Below, piece after piece: positions 1-11,670 of a DNA stretch of 64,000 nt. The stretch is from assembly GCF_006345805.1 (NCBI RefSeq), contig NC_042997.1, positions 52,886,001-52,950,000 on the forward strand. The letters are read 5' to 3'. The stretch's first letter is position 1, and every line of letters starts with the position of its first letter. The notes under the pieces were generated by a model. That model was not told the DNA's origin. It searched no databases and saw nothing but the letters and a program-made list of their open reading frames with translations. This DNA comes from Octopus sinensis. Its lineage: Eukaryota. A program made the position numbers and the translations under genes.

Positions 1-5
1 CATAC

Positions 6-72
<67 letters not shown>

Positions 73-419
73 CATCTAATATAGGATAAAAATTTTTCGA
101 AAAAAATTCTATCAATGGCCAGCGTATTAAAAATACCTTTGAAGGTTAAATTTATAAACAACTTAAACAAGGACAACTTATAGTGATAAATTATATGGTT
201 ATTGACTTATTGACGATTTGTCTATTTTCGGCATATTTGTCATTAGAATATTTTTTTGCCCTTGTTTATACGTTGTGTATATATATATATATATATATAT
301 ACACACAGCCTAAATATATGTGTGTGTTCACATATGTGTGTTTGTGTGTGTGTGTTGATCCTTTGGATAACGTTCGTTCTCTGTCGCCTGGGCTATGGCA
401 CCAGATTATGGACTCGACA

Positions 420-657
420 AAGCGTCGAACAAACACCGGAACCCGAAGTAGCACAATATATTTCCACCTAACTTTGGAATCGAAAATTATGCCAAAGCCA
501 GAATCGAATGCCACTATATCGTACAAAAGCTCCCGCCCTCTCGGTTTTGATTCAAGAGCCCACATATTTTTAGTATCTTGCCAAGTAACCTCGGGGATCT
601 ACGGGGTGTAGATCTAGGTGTGTAGATCTAGGTGTGTAGATCTAGGTGTGTTCAAAG
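420..657 (+). mobile_element. Degenerate CR1/L2-group LINE 3' fragment ending in a 14-bp tandem triplication
   Basis: With frameshifts it translates to PNFGIENY...FKSPHIFSILPSNLGDLRGVDLGVFK, paralogous to the fragment at 700-1119; (GTAGATCTAGGTGT)x3 at ~608-650. Confidence 0.6.
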
Positions 658-659
658 AA

Positions 660-1165
660 GATTGACTCGATGCAAAAATTGGGTTACTAGGAGAGGCTAA
701 ATAAACTGAGTCTCTATTCCCTGGAGAGAAGACGAGAGAGATATTCAGTGATATATATTTGGAAGATCTTCGAAGGTTTAGCTCCCAATTTTGGAATTGA
801 CAGCTATACCAATCCTCGACGGCACTGCATCATACCAAAGATTCCGTCTCCCCCATCTAAAATAAGGACATAGTGCTGCAAAAGTTTGGGTTTCAAGGGC
901 CCGCAATTGTTCAACATTCTTCCTGGCAACCTTAGAGATCTACATGGTGTTAATGTGGAAGTTTTCAAGGAACGTCTGGATAGGTTTCTATCTGAGATAC
1001 CAGATGAACCCACTTCGCGGGTGGAGACGCAAAGAAGAGCAGCTCCATCCAACTCGCTACTTCACCAAAAACAATATCGGAAACAACACCGAGTAACTAC
1101 AGGTGGGGCACCAGCATGACCTCAGCCCTGAGCTGAAACCAGTAAAAGATAAAAGATAACAGATA
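660..1165 (+). mobile_element. CR1/L2-group LINE 3' end (ORF2 C-terminal region, 3' UTR and tail)
   Basis: Translates KLSLYSLERRRERYSVIYIWKIFEGLAPNFGI...GFKGPQLFNILPGNLRDLHGVNVEVFKERLDRFLSEIPDEP, the typical post-RT C-terminus of CR1/L2-group LINEs; one in-frame stop; short TAAAAGA repeat tail. Confidence 0.75.
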
Positions 1166-1421
1166 CATATTTATGTACACATACACTCACTCACACGCAC
1201 GCACACTCACACACACACACACACACACAAATACACGTATGTATGTATGTATGTATGGATGGATGGATGGATGGATGGATGGATGGATGGATGGATGGAT
1301 CATTCAATCTAACCACACACACACACCAGTTTTTCCATTTCGGTGAACTTCCTAAAGATGTGTTAAGAATACTGTTTCTTCTCCAGCGATACATGTCAAA
1401 CACGGTGTAATTTCAGCGGTG

Positions 1422-1481
<60 letters not shown>

Positions 1482-1678
1482 GATATAGATATAATATATA
1501 TATATATATATATAGATAAATATATATAGATAGATATATTAGATATATATAGATAAATATATATATATAGATATATAGATATATAGATATATATAGATAT
1601 ATATATATATATATTATATATATATACATACATACATACATATATATATACAAACATACATACATATATATATAATAT

Positions 1679-1725
<47 letters not shown>

Positions 1726-1780
1726 TACATACATCCTACATACATACATACATACATACATACTACATCATACATACCTA

Positions 1781-2128
1781 CATATGTGTGTATGTGTTTG
1801 TATAAGTGGCTTAGTAGTTAGGGCATTCGGTTCAGGATCATGAAGTAGTGAGTTAGATTCCTGTCGGTGCGTTCTGTCCTTGAGCAAGACACTTTATTTC
1901 ACGTGCTCTAGTTCAGTCAGCTGGTAAAAATGAGTAGGACGTGTAATTCAAAAGGTCCGCCTTGTCACCTTGTGTGTCGCACTGAATCTCCCTCAAAACT
2001 ACGTTAAGGGTATGCGAGTCTGTGGAGTACTCAGCCACTTACACACGTTAATTTCACGAGCAGGATGTTTCGTTGATCGGATCAACTAGAACACTCTTCG
2101 TCGTAACCGACGGAGTCCTCTACGGTTA
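1781..2128 (+). mobile_element. tRNA-derived SINE, family C tail with a distinct head (copy 1 of tandem pair)
   Basis: A-box-like TGGCTTAGTAGTTAG head; GTCCTTGAGCAAGACACTT core; 3' ~170 bp shared with the SINE at 20212-20567. Confidence 0.75.
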
Positions 2129-2176
2129 TATATTATATATAACATATATTATTACATACATACATATATATATATA

Positions 2177-2227
<51 letters not shown>

Positions 2228-2285
2228 TACACACACACATACATACATACATACATACATATATACATACATACATACATACATA

Positions 2286-2630
2286 CATATGTGTGTATGT
2301 GTTTGTATAAGTGGCTTAGTAGTTAGGGCATTCGGTTCAGGATCATGAAGTAGTGAGTTAGATTCCTGTCGGTGCGTTCTGTCCTTGAGCAAGACACTTT
2401 ATTTCACGTTGCTCTAGTTCAGTCAGCTGGTAAAAATGAGTAGGACGTGTAATTCAAAAGGTCCAGCCTTGTCACATTGTGTGTCGCACTGAATCTCCCT
2501 CAAAACTACGTTAAGGGTATGCGAGTCTGTGGAGTACTCAGCCACTTACACGTTAATTTCACGAGCAGGATGTTCCGTTGATCGGATCAACTAGAACACT
2601 CTTCGTCGTAACCGACGGAGTCTCTACGGT

Positions 2631-2632
<2 letters not shown>
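2286..2632 (+). mobile_element. tRNA-derived SINE (copy 2, near-identical tandem duplicate of 1781-2128)
   Basis: Differs from copy 1 at only ~6 positions, mostly 1-2 nt indels. Confidence 0.75.
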
Positions 2633-2661
<29 letters not shown>

Positions 2662-2698
2662 TACATACATACATATATAATATATATATATATATTAT

Positions 2699-2729
<31 letters not shown>

Positions 2730-2757
2730 TATATATATACATATATATATGTGTATA

Positions 2758-2795
<38 letters not shown>

Positions 2796-2811
2796 TATAT
2801 AATATATATAT

Positions 2812-3018
2812 ACTTAGAAACACATAAATGTGAAACAAGGTGGAAAAAAGAGTACTCAAATACCAGTGGTAGAGTAATATGCTTTATTTTATCAGCATAA
2901 AATTCAACAAAATCTGTTACTCTGAGTTTCTCGTTGCCGTTCATCAGGTCTGATGAACGGCAACGAGAAACTCAGAGTAACAGATTTTGTTGAATTTTCT
3001 GCTGCTTAAAATAAAGTA
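2812..3018. mobile_element. Short non-autonomous Penelope-type element with partial inverted duplication, embedded in (TA)n
   Basis: Homologous to 44128-44280; perfect 49-bp inverted repeat 2899-2947/2950-2998; flanked by TA microsatellite on both sides. Confidence 0.65.
2950..2984 (+). ncRNA. Minimal hammerhead ribozyme core (mirror copy on the minus strand at 2913-2947)
   Basis: CTGATGA-A-CG-GCAA-CG-A-GAAA-CTC-A-GAG-TA: CUGANGA and GAAA boxes, short helix II with GNRA loop, near-palindromic helix III, UA cleavage site; helix I 5' strand missing at the hairpin axis. Confidence 0.65.
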
Positions 3019-3095
3019 TATATACATATATATATAATACATATATATATATACATATATATATACATATATAATACATATATATATATATATAC

Positions 3096-3133
<38 letters not shown>

Positions 3134-3188
3134 TATATATATATATATATACATACGTATACATATACATCATACATACATACATACA

Positions 3189-3222
<34 letters not shown>

Positions 3223-3322
3223 CATACGTAGATGAACTTGAACGCTACGGTTATCTGTTCACCCACTCATATATATGTGAGTGAACACATAAACGTAGCA
3301 GTCAAGTCCAACTACGTACGTA
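3223..3322. repeat. Imperfect ~100-bp palindrome (small MITE-like hairpin)
   Basis: TACGTAG..ACTTGA..GCTACG..TGTTCAC pairs with GTGAACA..CGTAGC..TCAAGT..CTACGTA. Confidence 0.55.
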
Positions 3323-3947
3323 TTCAGAGTTCTTTTTTTCCTTAGGAAAAACAAATATAATTGAAATAAAATGTTGACTTGATGTTGTCATGCGTTAGTA
3401 AGCCGAGTGTGATGACGTGCCTATCAAAGGGTAATTTACTGAATTTCAGTGCAAAATTAATGAAGTGTTAATTAGAGATAAAAAAATCTTTAAAAAAAGA
3501 CAGCTTATTAAACTTACTTCAAGCATACTAATAAGGATTTCTAGTATAAGTACAAAAAGCCACACATTTGGAGGTGTATGGTCGATTTAATCGACTTCAG
3601 TACTTGAGTGGTACTTAATGTACCGGCGGGATATGAATTGAGAATGTAAAGGGATGTAACTATCTGCAACAGAATTTAGTTCTAACGATATTGCCACCGT
3701 GTCGCCGTAATAGCAGTAGCATCAGCAGCAGGCGTTCAAGAATTTGGACCTGGAGATCTCCATTTCCAGCGACTTCGAGGGCCACCTCCCAGTGGTGTCG
3801 GGCGTCAACGAAGAGCCCTTGACTACAACAAGACGACCAAAGTTTTTTTTTGTTTTTTTTTCCAACGTCTGGGGTCTCCCGCCCTAAGCCCTAGACCATC
3901 CCCTAATCACCCTTACCCGTCTTGTTGCTTAACAACAACAACGACAG

Positions 3948-3978
<31 letters not shown>

Positions 3979-4599
3979 AGCAGTAGTAGTAGTAGTATAG
4001 TAGTAGTAGTAGTAGTTGTTGTTGTTGTAATATGAACAAACGCCAGCACAGTCAAAATAATATTCAGTGACCATTAGTGAAAGTCAGGTATAAATTATAG
4101 GAGCACATTCATTCAAGACAGTGTTGGATATTTGAGGTCCGTGTTTGACAGGAGGTTTCTTTTGCATGGTTCTGAAAAATTCCCAACAGCAAACATTCTT
4201 TCGCTGTCTTGTAGAGTCCTTATTTCGGTCAGTATTTGCCAGCTGGTTAACATCACTCGAAACCAAATTTTCTTCAGACTTATTGGAGTTACTTTTTGTA
4301 TCAATATTGTCCTTTGAATCAGATGCTGTAGCGGGAATATTGTCTGGTGCTTCCCTCAACAATAACTGTCCAGTTTTTCAGTATTTTCAGTCACGTCCAA
4401 ACCACAACCTCTTTTGCAACAGCACAGCCACCAAACAGAAGAAAACTGTCTAATCTTTCCGGCCGAGAAGAGGCAACAGGGCAACTTTCACAATAGAGTC
4501 GGCCGATAACCGGGTCCGTTCCACATGCGATAGCAGCTGTTCGACATAAGTCTGCAAGTCAGCAATTCTACCTGTATTCCCGCAACTCGCAACGGCTTT

Positions 4600-5000
4600 T
4601 GGCTTTTCACAAAATTTCTCCTCTTCCGAGAGTCGCAATGGGCCCTTGAGGTAGGTGTTGAAATCCATTCTGCGTTCCGGCCCGCGAACACTGAAGCAAA
4701 GTACTGTTCAAAGGCCACACAGATCTGTTTAGTGTCGATTAACATGCACCCGTTTTGGTCCACCAAAGACCGAATTACGGCTTTGTTACCACGTTGCACC
4801 TCTGCCATTTGGTCCCATTGAACAGCTTTCGTCCCTTAAGAGCACGCGCCTAAGCTCTGACGGCATAATCTTCGTGCTTCCCATTGAAGAACTGGTTGCA
4901 TGCCAAACACCCTGTGAGCTCCTCAGATGTGATGCTTTTCTTAAGCATCTTTTCTAAGTTTTTAAGTAAAGCTTCTCTCTATTCGAGTTTTCTCTATCGC
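4600..5000 (-). mobile_element. Tx1/L1-like LINE ORF2 fragment (endonuclease-RT linker), pseudogenised
   Basis: ORF 4488-4808 AEVQRGNKAVIRSLVDQNGCMLIDTKQICVAFEQYFASVF resembles the I.SL...NG......I...F..YF..LF linker of L1/Tx1 ORF2; upstream AVRA*ARAL. Confidence 0.6.
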
Positions 5001-5009
5001 TATAACCTA

Positions 5010-5402
5010 ACTGAACCTTAATATTTGTGAAAATGGGTTTGAAAGCATAAATTACTAATGAATAATTAAAGTTTGTGTATAGTTAACTGTGGCCCTACTT
5101 CATAGCCTAAAATGAGACAAAATGTTAATTTTTTTCATATCATTTTGCCAACATCTGGTGTCATGTTAGCGTCATTATTGTTATTTTATGCTTACATCTA
5201 GCTTACATCTAGCATTTATATTTAATGGCATTATTGAGGTTTTGTGCATTCAACTACTTAAACCTACTAGAATTATACTCGCGAAAATTTTGCATTTGAT
5301 TAATCTCTTATTCCTGCCAAAATAGGCCGGGGACCGCGAGGCCTCCAAAAAATGGCCAGGGGACCGCGAAGCAAAACTTTCGAAAAAGGTTGAGAGCCAC
5401 TG
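5010..5402. mobile_element. hAT (Charlie-type) DNA transposon end; left boundary approximate
   Basis: Terminus GGTTGAGAGCCACTG (reverse complement CAGTGGCTCTCAACC) followed by GTCTAGAT, the NTCTAGAN Charlie-type target; subterminal GGGGACCGCG repeats. Confidence 0.65.
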
Positions 5403-6546
5403 GTCTAGATAACATCTTGATGGCCCAATGCAGATTATCCATGTTCACAATATGTGGGAGACCATCGTAAATATATAGCTTTGAATTACAGATACCATCC
5501 ATCGAAAAAGAGATAAGCTACCCTTATAGTGGACTAGTTCTTTATTGAAGCACCAATAGAATGAAATATAAGGTGACATTAGTATAGTTTGAACTCGAAA
5601 CGTCAAGAGCCGAGACGAATAATACGAAGTTATCTATCCGACGCCTTAACGATTCTACCAATTCACCATCTGACAGTTATGGGTATCTTCAATAATAGAA
5701 ATCGTTTATTATTTCAGTTTCAAAATTCATGGAATGTTGGAAAGGACGTGACTATTCGACTGCCAACATTACCAAAGCAACATTTCTCTGGACATCAATT
5801 TGTACCGAAATACTGAATACATTAGTATTTATGAAAGTGCACGAAGTATAATATAATTGCACGATCTTAACGGATCTGAATGATATGTGGTCTGTAACAG
5901 ATCGCCAGCTGTAAAACTCTAGCTTCCTCTTTCCTTTCTATATAAACATGATAATTACGTACATGCACGATCTCGCTTACAGGGAGACACGAAAACACAC
6001 ATACTTAACATACTAAAACACACGTATACATATGCTACATAATACACACACGCCCACACGCACTCACACATGTGCGCACGGCTGTTTTTATACATGACTA
6101 TGCGCAAAAATAAACATGAATATATTATGTATAAGAATGTATATGTATATAATCATACATAAAAAACAAGCACACGCCAAACACACACACACACATACAC
6201 ACACATACACACAAACACACACACATACACTCAAACACACACACACATGAATATATATAAATTTATGAGCATGTGCGTGCGCTCACGTATGTGTCGCATG
6301 CCGGAGTGTGTTGTGCGGTGATCAGCTAAACAGAGAGAAGTTATAGCTGGAAGGTAGGGTATCTGTGGGTCAGGCTTCGTCATTCGATCAGCTATCTACT
6401 TGCTATAGAACTACTCGATCAGGGTTGACCCTGGGCTACACAATAGCTACATCCACAAGTGCCTCATGACATCATGCACTGTAATGATTGCCATATGATA
6501 TCAGATGCTTTTTCTAAGCTTTCAGTCGTTATCTATTATTCCTTTC

Positions 6547-6594
6547 AACCCACTGATGAATAGGTAGGCTGCACGAAACATTTAAGCATGGGTT
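6547..6594 (+). ncRNA. Degenerate type I hammerhead-like motif
   Basis: AACCCA-CTGATGA-...-GAAA-C-ATTTAA-G-CA-TGGGTT: 6-bp helix I and both core boxes; helix II and the UH site are mutated. Confidence 0.4.
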
Positions 6595-6984
6595 TGTGAT
6601 CTTGGTTACCGCATATACATATATCCATAAATAGATGCAAACATACGCACAGTCATACATTCATCCACGCAGAAATACATATAAACACACACACATACAA
6701 GTATTCATAAAAAACATACAATCATACATACACACATGATTTTTTTTTTTTTTTTTTTTGCTTTTTCTCTCGATCTGCTTCTTCCGATATCTGCTCGATA
6801 CAGATCATAATAAAGTTCACAAAAGAGAATTTGAGTGCTATGAGATGAGAATCCATATGTTTTTGGAGAGGGCGTTTCGTCAACGATAATTTGATTAGAC
6901 ATTATTATTTTCAATAATAGTTTGAACCGAAGTCTCAGTCATCTAATACATTGAAATGGTCTGCATAAATACTAAGTGGTGCGG

Positions 6985-7015
<31 letters not shown>

Positions 7016-7264
7016 GATGATGATATTAAGATAACTTTTCTCCAATATTTTACTAATATTAATCACATCAAAACTAAACATAAAAATCCACCTTTCCCTC
7101 GTACTTATCTCCATCAAAACCGGTGAAGTGAGATATTTATAACCCATACTTTATGCTGTATATCGACCTTTAATTTCCGTTTTGTTTATTTCCATCCTTT
7201 AAAATATTCAGCGACAGAACTCGTTTCTTTTCATATCTTCGGTGAATTAAGAACAGAAGAACAG

Positions 7265-7355
7265 GCAGAAGAAGAAGAAGAAGAAGCAGAAGGGGAAGAA
7301 GAAGAAGAAGAAGAAGAAGAAGAAGAAGAAGAAGAAGAAGAAGAAGAAGAAGAAG

Positions 7356-7384
<29 letters not shown>
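7265..7384. repeat. (GAA)n microsatellite
   Basis: About 35 near-perfect GAA units. Confidence 0.95.
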
Positions 7385-7386
<2 letters not shown>

Positions 7387-8545
7387 TAAATGGAACTTCA
7401 CTTTTACCTGTGCATTCAACTGGCAAAAATCGTCCTAGGAAAACATCAGCGAATATTATCTTTACGAAAATGTCCATTAGTAAATAATTGTGCTTCTATT
7501 TAAACCAGTACAATAAGCTTACTCAGACATTTGTTCGGGGAAGTTTGGAATGGATGATAAAAATCCTATAGAATAATGGTGTTTTTTTTTCTTTACAAGA
7601 CAGTAGATGGAATAGTTTGGAATGAACCACTAAAGCAGAACTCGGGTGAATTCTGGAATTCTTAGGATCTATATATAAAAAAAACACATAAAAGAAGTAA
7701 GGGTGGGGTCAGAACAGGGATTTAAATGTATCAGTGTATATAATTCTAAAAAAGAATTTGAACGTAAATATAAAAGAGACGGGGAAGAGAAGGAGAGGGA
7801 GAGAGAATGATTTCGTGAATTATTTTAAATTAGAGGTTATCACTAATGCACGACATAACTTGGCAATGAGATGGATTCTTATATACAGCGATTATTAAGT
7901 AATTATTTTAAAATGGAAGTGTGGAGGTAAATGGTGAAACACATTAAGCCGAAGATATAATTCATAGAGGAAGTGCTGAAAATCACTGGCATGGCGGTTT
8001 TTATCGTTGGATTCAAGGATCTATAGTCGTTGTTTAGTCAGATGAACTCTGATCAGACCTTTGATATATGTTGACCAAGAGATTTTCACCAGACAAAAAA
8101 AACACAGTATCATACTTTTCAATTGTGCATATACATGTAGCATGATATACAGATGGCGATATTAACTTAATTGCGTTCATTGAGTTTTTTGCAGCCAAGT
8201 GAGCATTCAGAAATACTAGTGAATATATTATTCTCTGCTTCTTATATATCGAAACACGAAATTCGTCTAAGCAAGTAACAAATAGGTTGCACGGCTTTGA
8301 GAAAACCCTCAGATGGGAGAATCTCGTCTGTCGTTCACGTGAGTCACTGCTGCGATGATGTTCACCTCGCTCTGATATATATCTATCTGTGTTTTTAAAC
8401 TTCTGTGAAGAGATTTCCTCTCAGACAAAAACTACAGCATTATACCTTTAAACAGTAGATATACGTTTAGTATGATACCCAAATGGTAATATATATTTAT
8501 ATACGTATATATATATATATGTATATATATATATGTATATATATT

Positions 8546-8577
<32 letters not shown>

Positions 8578-11265
8578 TGAGCATATATGGGCATGTGTAC
8601 ATATGTGTGTGTTTGTGAGTGTGTGCATGCGTGTGTGTGTGTGTAAAGAAGATGCTTCCCCTTCATTTACCTTTAGTAAATGTAACATTGACCAGAAAAA
8701 ATTGTCTTCTTCAGACGGTGTCCAATAATTGTTGATTGTTTCAAGTCTGCCGCACATGACCCCCGACCCCCGTTGATGGATCGGCAGTGGTGATCAAAAC
8801 ACTTCTCGTCTTCTACTTTCCAGTTTAATTCATTCCTCTTACTCTGTATCCATAATTTTTTGGATACACTGTCTCCATTATTTTTTTCCCTGTCAAGTGT
8901 ATTTCTGAAGATAGAGATAATCTTGTTCAATGAATTTGTATTATGAATACAGATACCTGATGTCCATTATTCAGGAATAATGTTAAAATTTCTACATTAA
9001 TATATTCCTCCATGAATGCACTTCATTTCTATGAATATTCTTCCGCATTATGAACATAAGTTTGTTTGCAGCCCCTCTTTCTATTCACTCTGCCATTTCT
9101 ACATCATTTCTCTTTGCTTTCTTTTGCAACGTCTTAAGAGCATTTTTCTCGATCGTTTTCTCTATTTTACAATTAGTTGTTGCTAATAGCAAAAATTATC
9201 CATTGGATTAATTTTTACTTGGGAATTGAATATTCTTTTCCCTCATACTGCCACTTCTGAACAGTATTAAATAACGGAAGGAAAATTGGAAGTTCAGATT
9301 TAATAATCGTAAAAGATTTCTTTCTCTAGCGCTGAGTATCAGTAACTCTGAATTTTTCAAATTACTGAAATAACTTTTCCTTTTTCTGCACTTTTATTAA
9401 ATGAATTTCTTTTTCTTTCTTTCATTAAATGATGGACGTCGTCTCGATAAATAGCATTTTGGGCAAAGCAATTAAATTAAGAAAGTAAAATTCTTTTTTT
9501 TTTTTTTATCGTATTAATCAAGTTCTGTGTATTGCTCACTGGGTGGGAAATTATAAAATCTTTACAATACTTTTGTGTAGGCTATTCGATGACAACTTTC
9601 GATAATACGTGCATTGTCATCGTAATCGCTGCTATAAATTTGCTATAGCAATTGTAGTTGTTGCTACTGTTGTTGCTGCTGTTGTTATTGTCGTTATAGA
9701 GATGATATTGGTAGTCTTGTCGTATTTTTTCCAATGTGGACACTTTTTTTTTTCATATTTATTCCTTTATCTTCTTTTTTTCCCCTATAGAAATCGCTAT
9801 GTCCAACAAATTACATTAAGAAAGACAGCGTATATAAGGAAAATAATGAAGAACGAAATAAAAAGGATCTGTTGCCGGAGAAAAAAATGTGGTAAAAAAT
9901 ACACACACAAACAAAAACAAAAATCCTTACCCCATTCGATTTATATTCGTCATCAATACAGCATAATTATCATCATTTTTATTTATTTATTTAATTTTTA
10001 TTTATAATTTTTTTAGTAGAATTCTTCCTTTTCACTAGATTTCAATATTAATCGGAAACTTATCTTCTAGCTACAAAACAAAATTCTAGATTTATGAAAA
10101 TTTCATGGTTGAATTCCAATATTACTATAAATATCGACATAATATAAGCACGTGAGCAATACATTCAAATGATTGTTCGTTTGTATTTGTGCCCCTTTGT
10201 GTGGGATGACGGTAGGCGTTGTGTGCGTATTTGTTTGTATATTATGTATAAATGTAGTGTGCGTACCTATGTGTGAGGCATGTACGGTGTGCATACCTAT
10301 GTGTGAGGCATTCGTTCAATTCATACAGTATTCATTGCGTGTTCCGTGTCGATTAATTGAAATCAGTCTGCAGCAGTGGAAAATAGGTTCTTTCCCAATG
10401 GTATAAGAAATGTACCGAAGTGCTTTTATAAGTTGGATAAATTACCAGAAATGCGACGATTGGTAATCTGATTGCAATCATCCAATACGAAAGTCGATAC
10501 TGATTGACTTCAGATCTCTTAAACTTTTATTGTATGGGTATTTTAAGTGCAGTAAATGAATTTAGAGTTAACATTCATTCTTATACAGACATAAAATCTC
10601 AATTTTCAAAGAATTTATTGGAGGAAAGAGGGGGAAAAATGGAGAAATTAAAATGAGAAACCATATTGTTGGCGTCGTGGTGTCGATGATAATGCGGATG
10701 ATGATGACGATGATGAGAAGGAGGAGGAGGAAGAAGAGGAGGTGTAGGAGGCGTAGGAGGAGGACATCAAGGACGATGACGACGGACGATGGCTACGACG
10801 ATGGTGATGAAGACAACGACGATGATGGTGCAATAATAACAATATAAGAGAAATATTTTTGCAACACAACCACAATATAACTCTAGGCTCCTTCAAATGG
10901 CGCCAGTGAGATTTATATTGTTACTTAATTTATTTAAAAATTACTAAACCGAAAATTATACAATTATAACTTTCAATATCACGAAAGAACATTTAAACAT
11001 GCTGTGGTCAGAGGAACAGTTTGCAAATACTTGCAAATATTTAAGAATGATAATCAGATAAGAGTTAAATCTCATTCGGGCTAAGACACAAGTCTACCGT
11101 ATTTAATATTCCCAGAAGATTAGATAGTTTGGTTATTAAAGTGTACTGAATCAAGTGTTTTGCTCGGGAATAAAAAATATGCCTGTATTAGTTTTGGGTT
11201 GAAGTTCATTGAAATGTTAATCCAACATTTTATCATTCATTACAAAATCACAGCAGCCAGTCTCC

Positions 11266-11670
11266 CTTTACTCTCTTTTTACTCTTTTACTTGTTTCAGT
11301 CATTTGACTGTGGCCATGCTGGAGCAACGCCTTTTAGTCGAGCAAATCGACCCCAGGACTTATTCTTTGTAAGCCTAGTACTTATTCTATCGGTCTCTTT
11401 TGCCGAACCGCTAAGTTACGGGGGCGTAAACACACCAGCATCGGTTGTCAAGCAATGTTGGGGGGTACAAACGCAGACACACAAACACACACACACATAT
11501 ATATACATATATACGACGGGCTTCTTTCAGTTTCTGTCTACCAAATCCACTCACAAGGGTTTGGTCGGCCCGAAGTTATAGTAGAAGACACTTGCCCAAG
11601 GTGCCACGCTGTGGGACTGAGCCCGAAACCATGTGGTTCGTAAGCAAGCTACTTACCACACAGTCACTAC
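11266..11670 (-). mobile_element. tRNA-derived SINE family A, full length
   Basis: Reverse complement of the A consensus (head GTGGCTGTGTGGTAAG...GGTTCAGTCCC, internal TA/TG microsatellite, tail GGCGGTGCTCCAGCATGGCCGCAGTCAAATGACTGAAAC). Confidence 0.9.

Noticed and set aside
219-246. Minus-strand hammerhead-like CTAATGA..TGCC-GAAA-ATAG-AC in a TA-flanked segment
   Set aside because: Several core positions and helix II deviate; too degenerate to call
1352-1761. Long ORFs of YI/YV/CV/HT repeats here and at 29724-30163, 31695-32341, 40635-41358, 43878-44138 and 58991-59233
   Set aside because: Translations of (TA)n, (CA)n and (CATA)n microsatellites, which lack stop codons; no coding evidence
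4084-4362. 92-aa minus-strand ORF
   Set aside because: No recognisable domain or splice context; possibly a transposase N-terminal relic, but unsupported
8650-9480. Possible ancient LINE RT remnant (INGGRGSCAADLK)
   Set aside because: Only one weak motif; cannot be supported by eye
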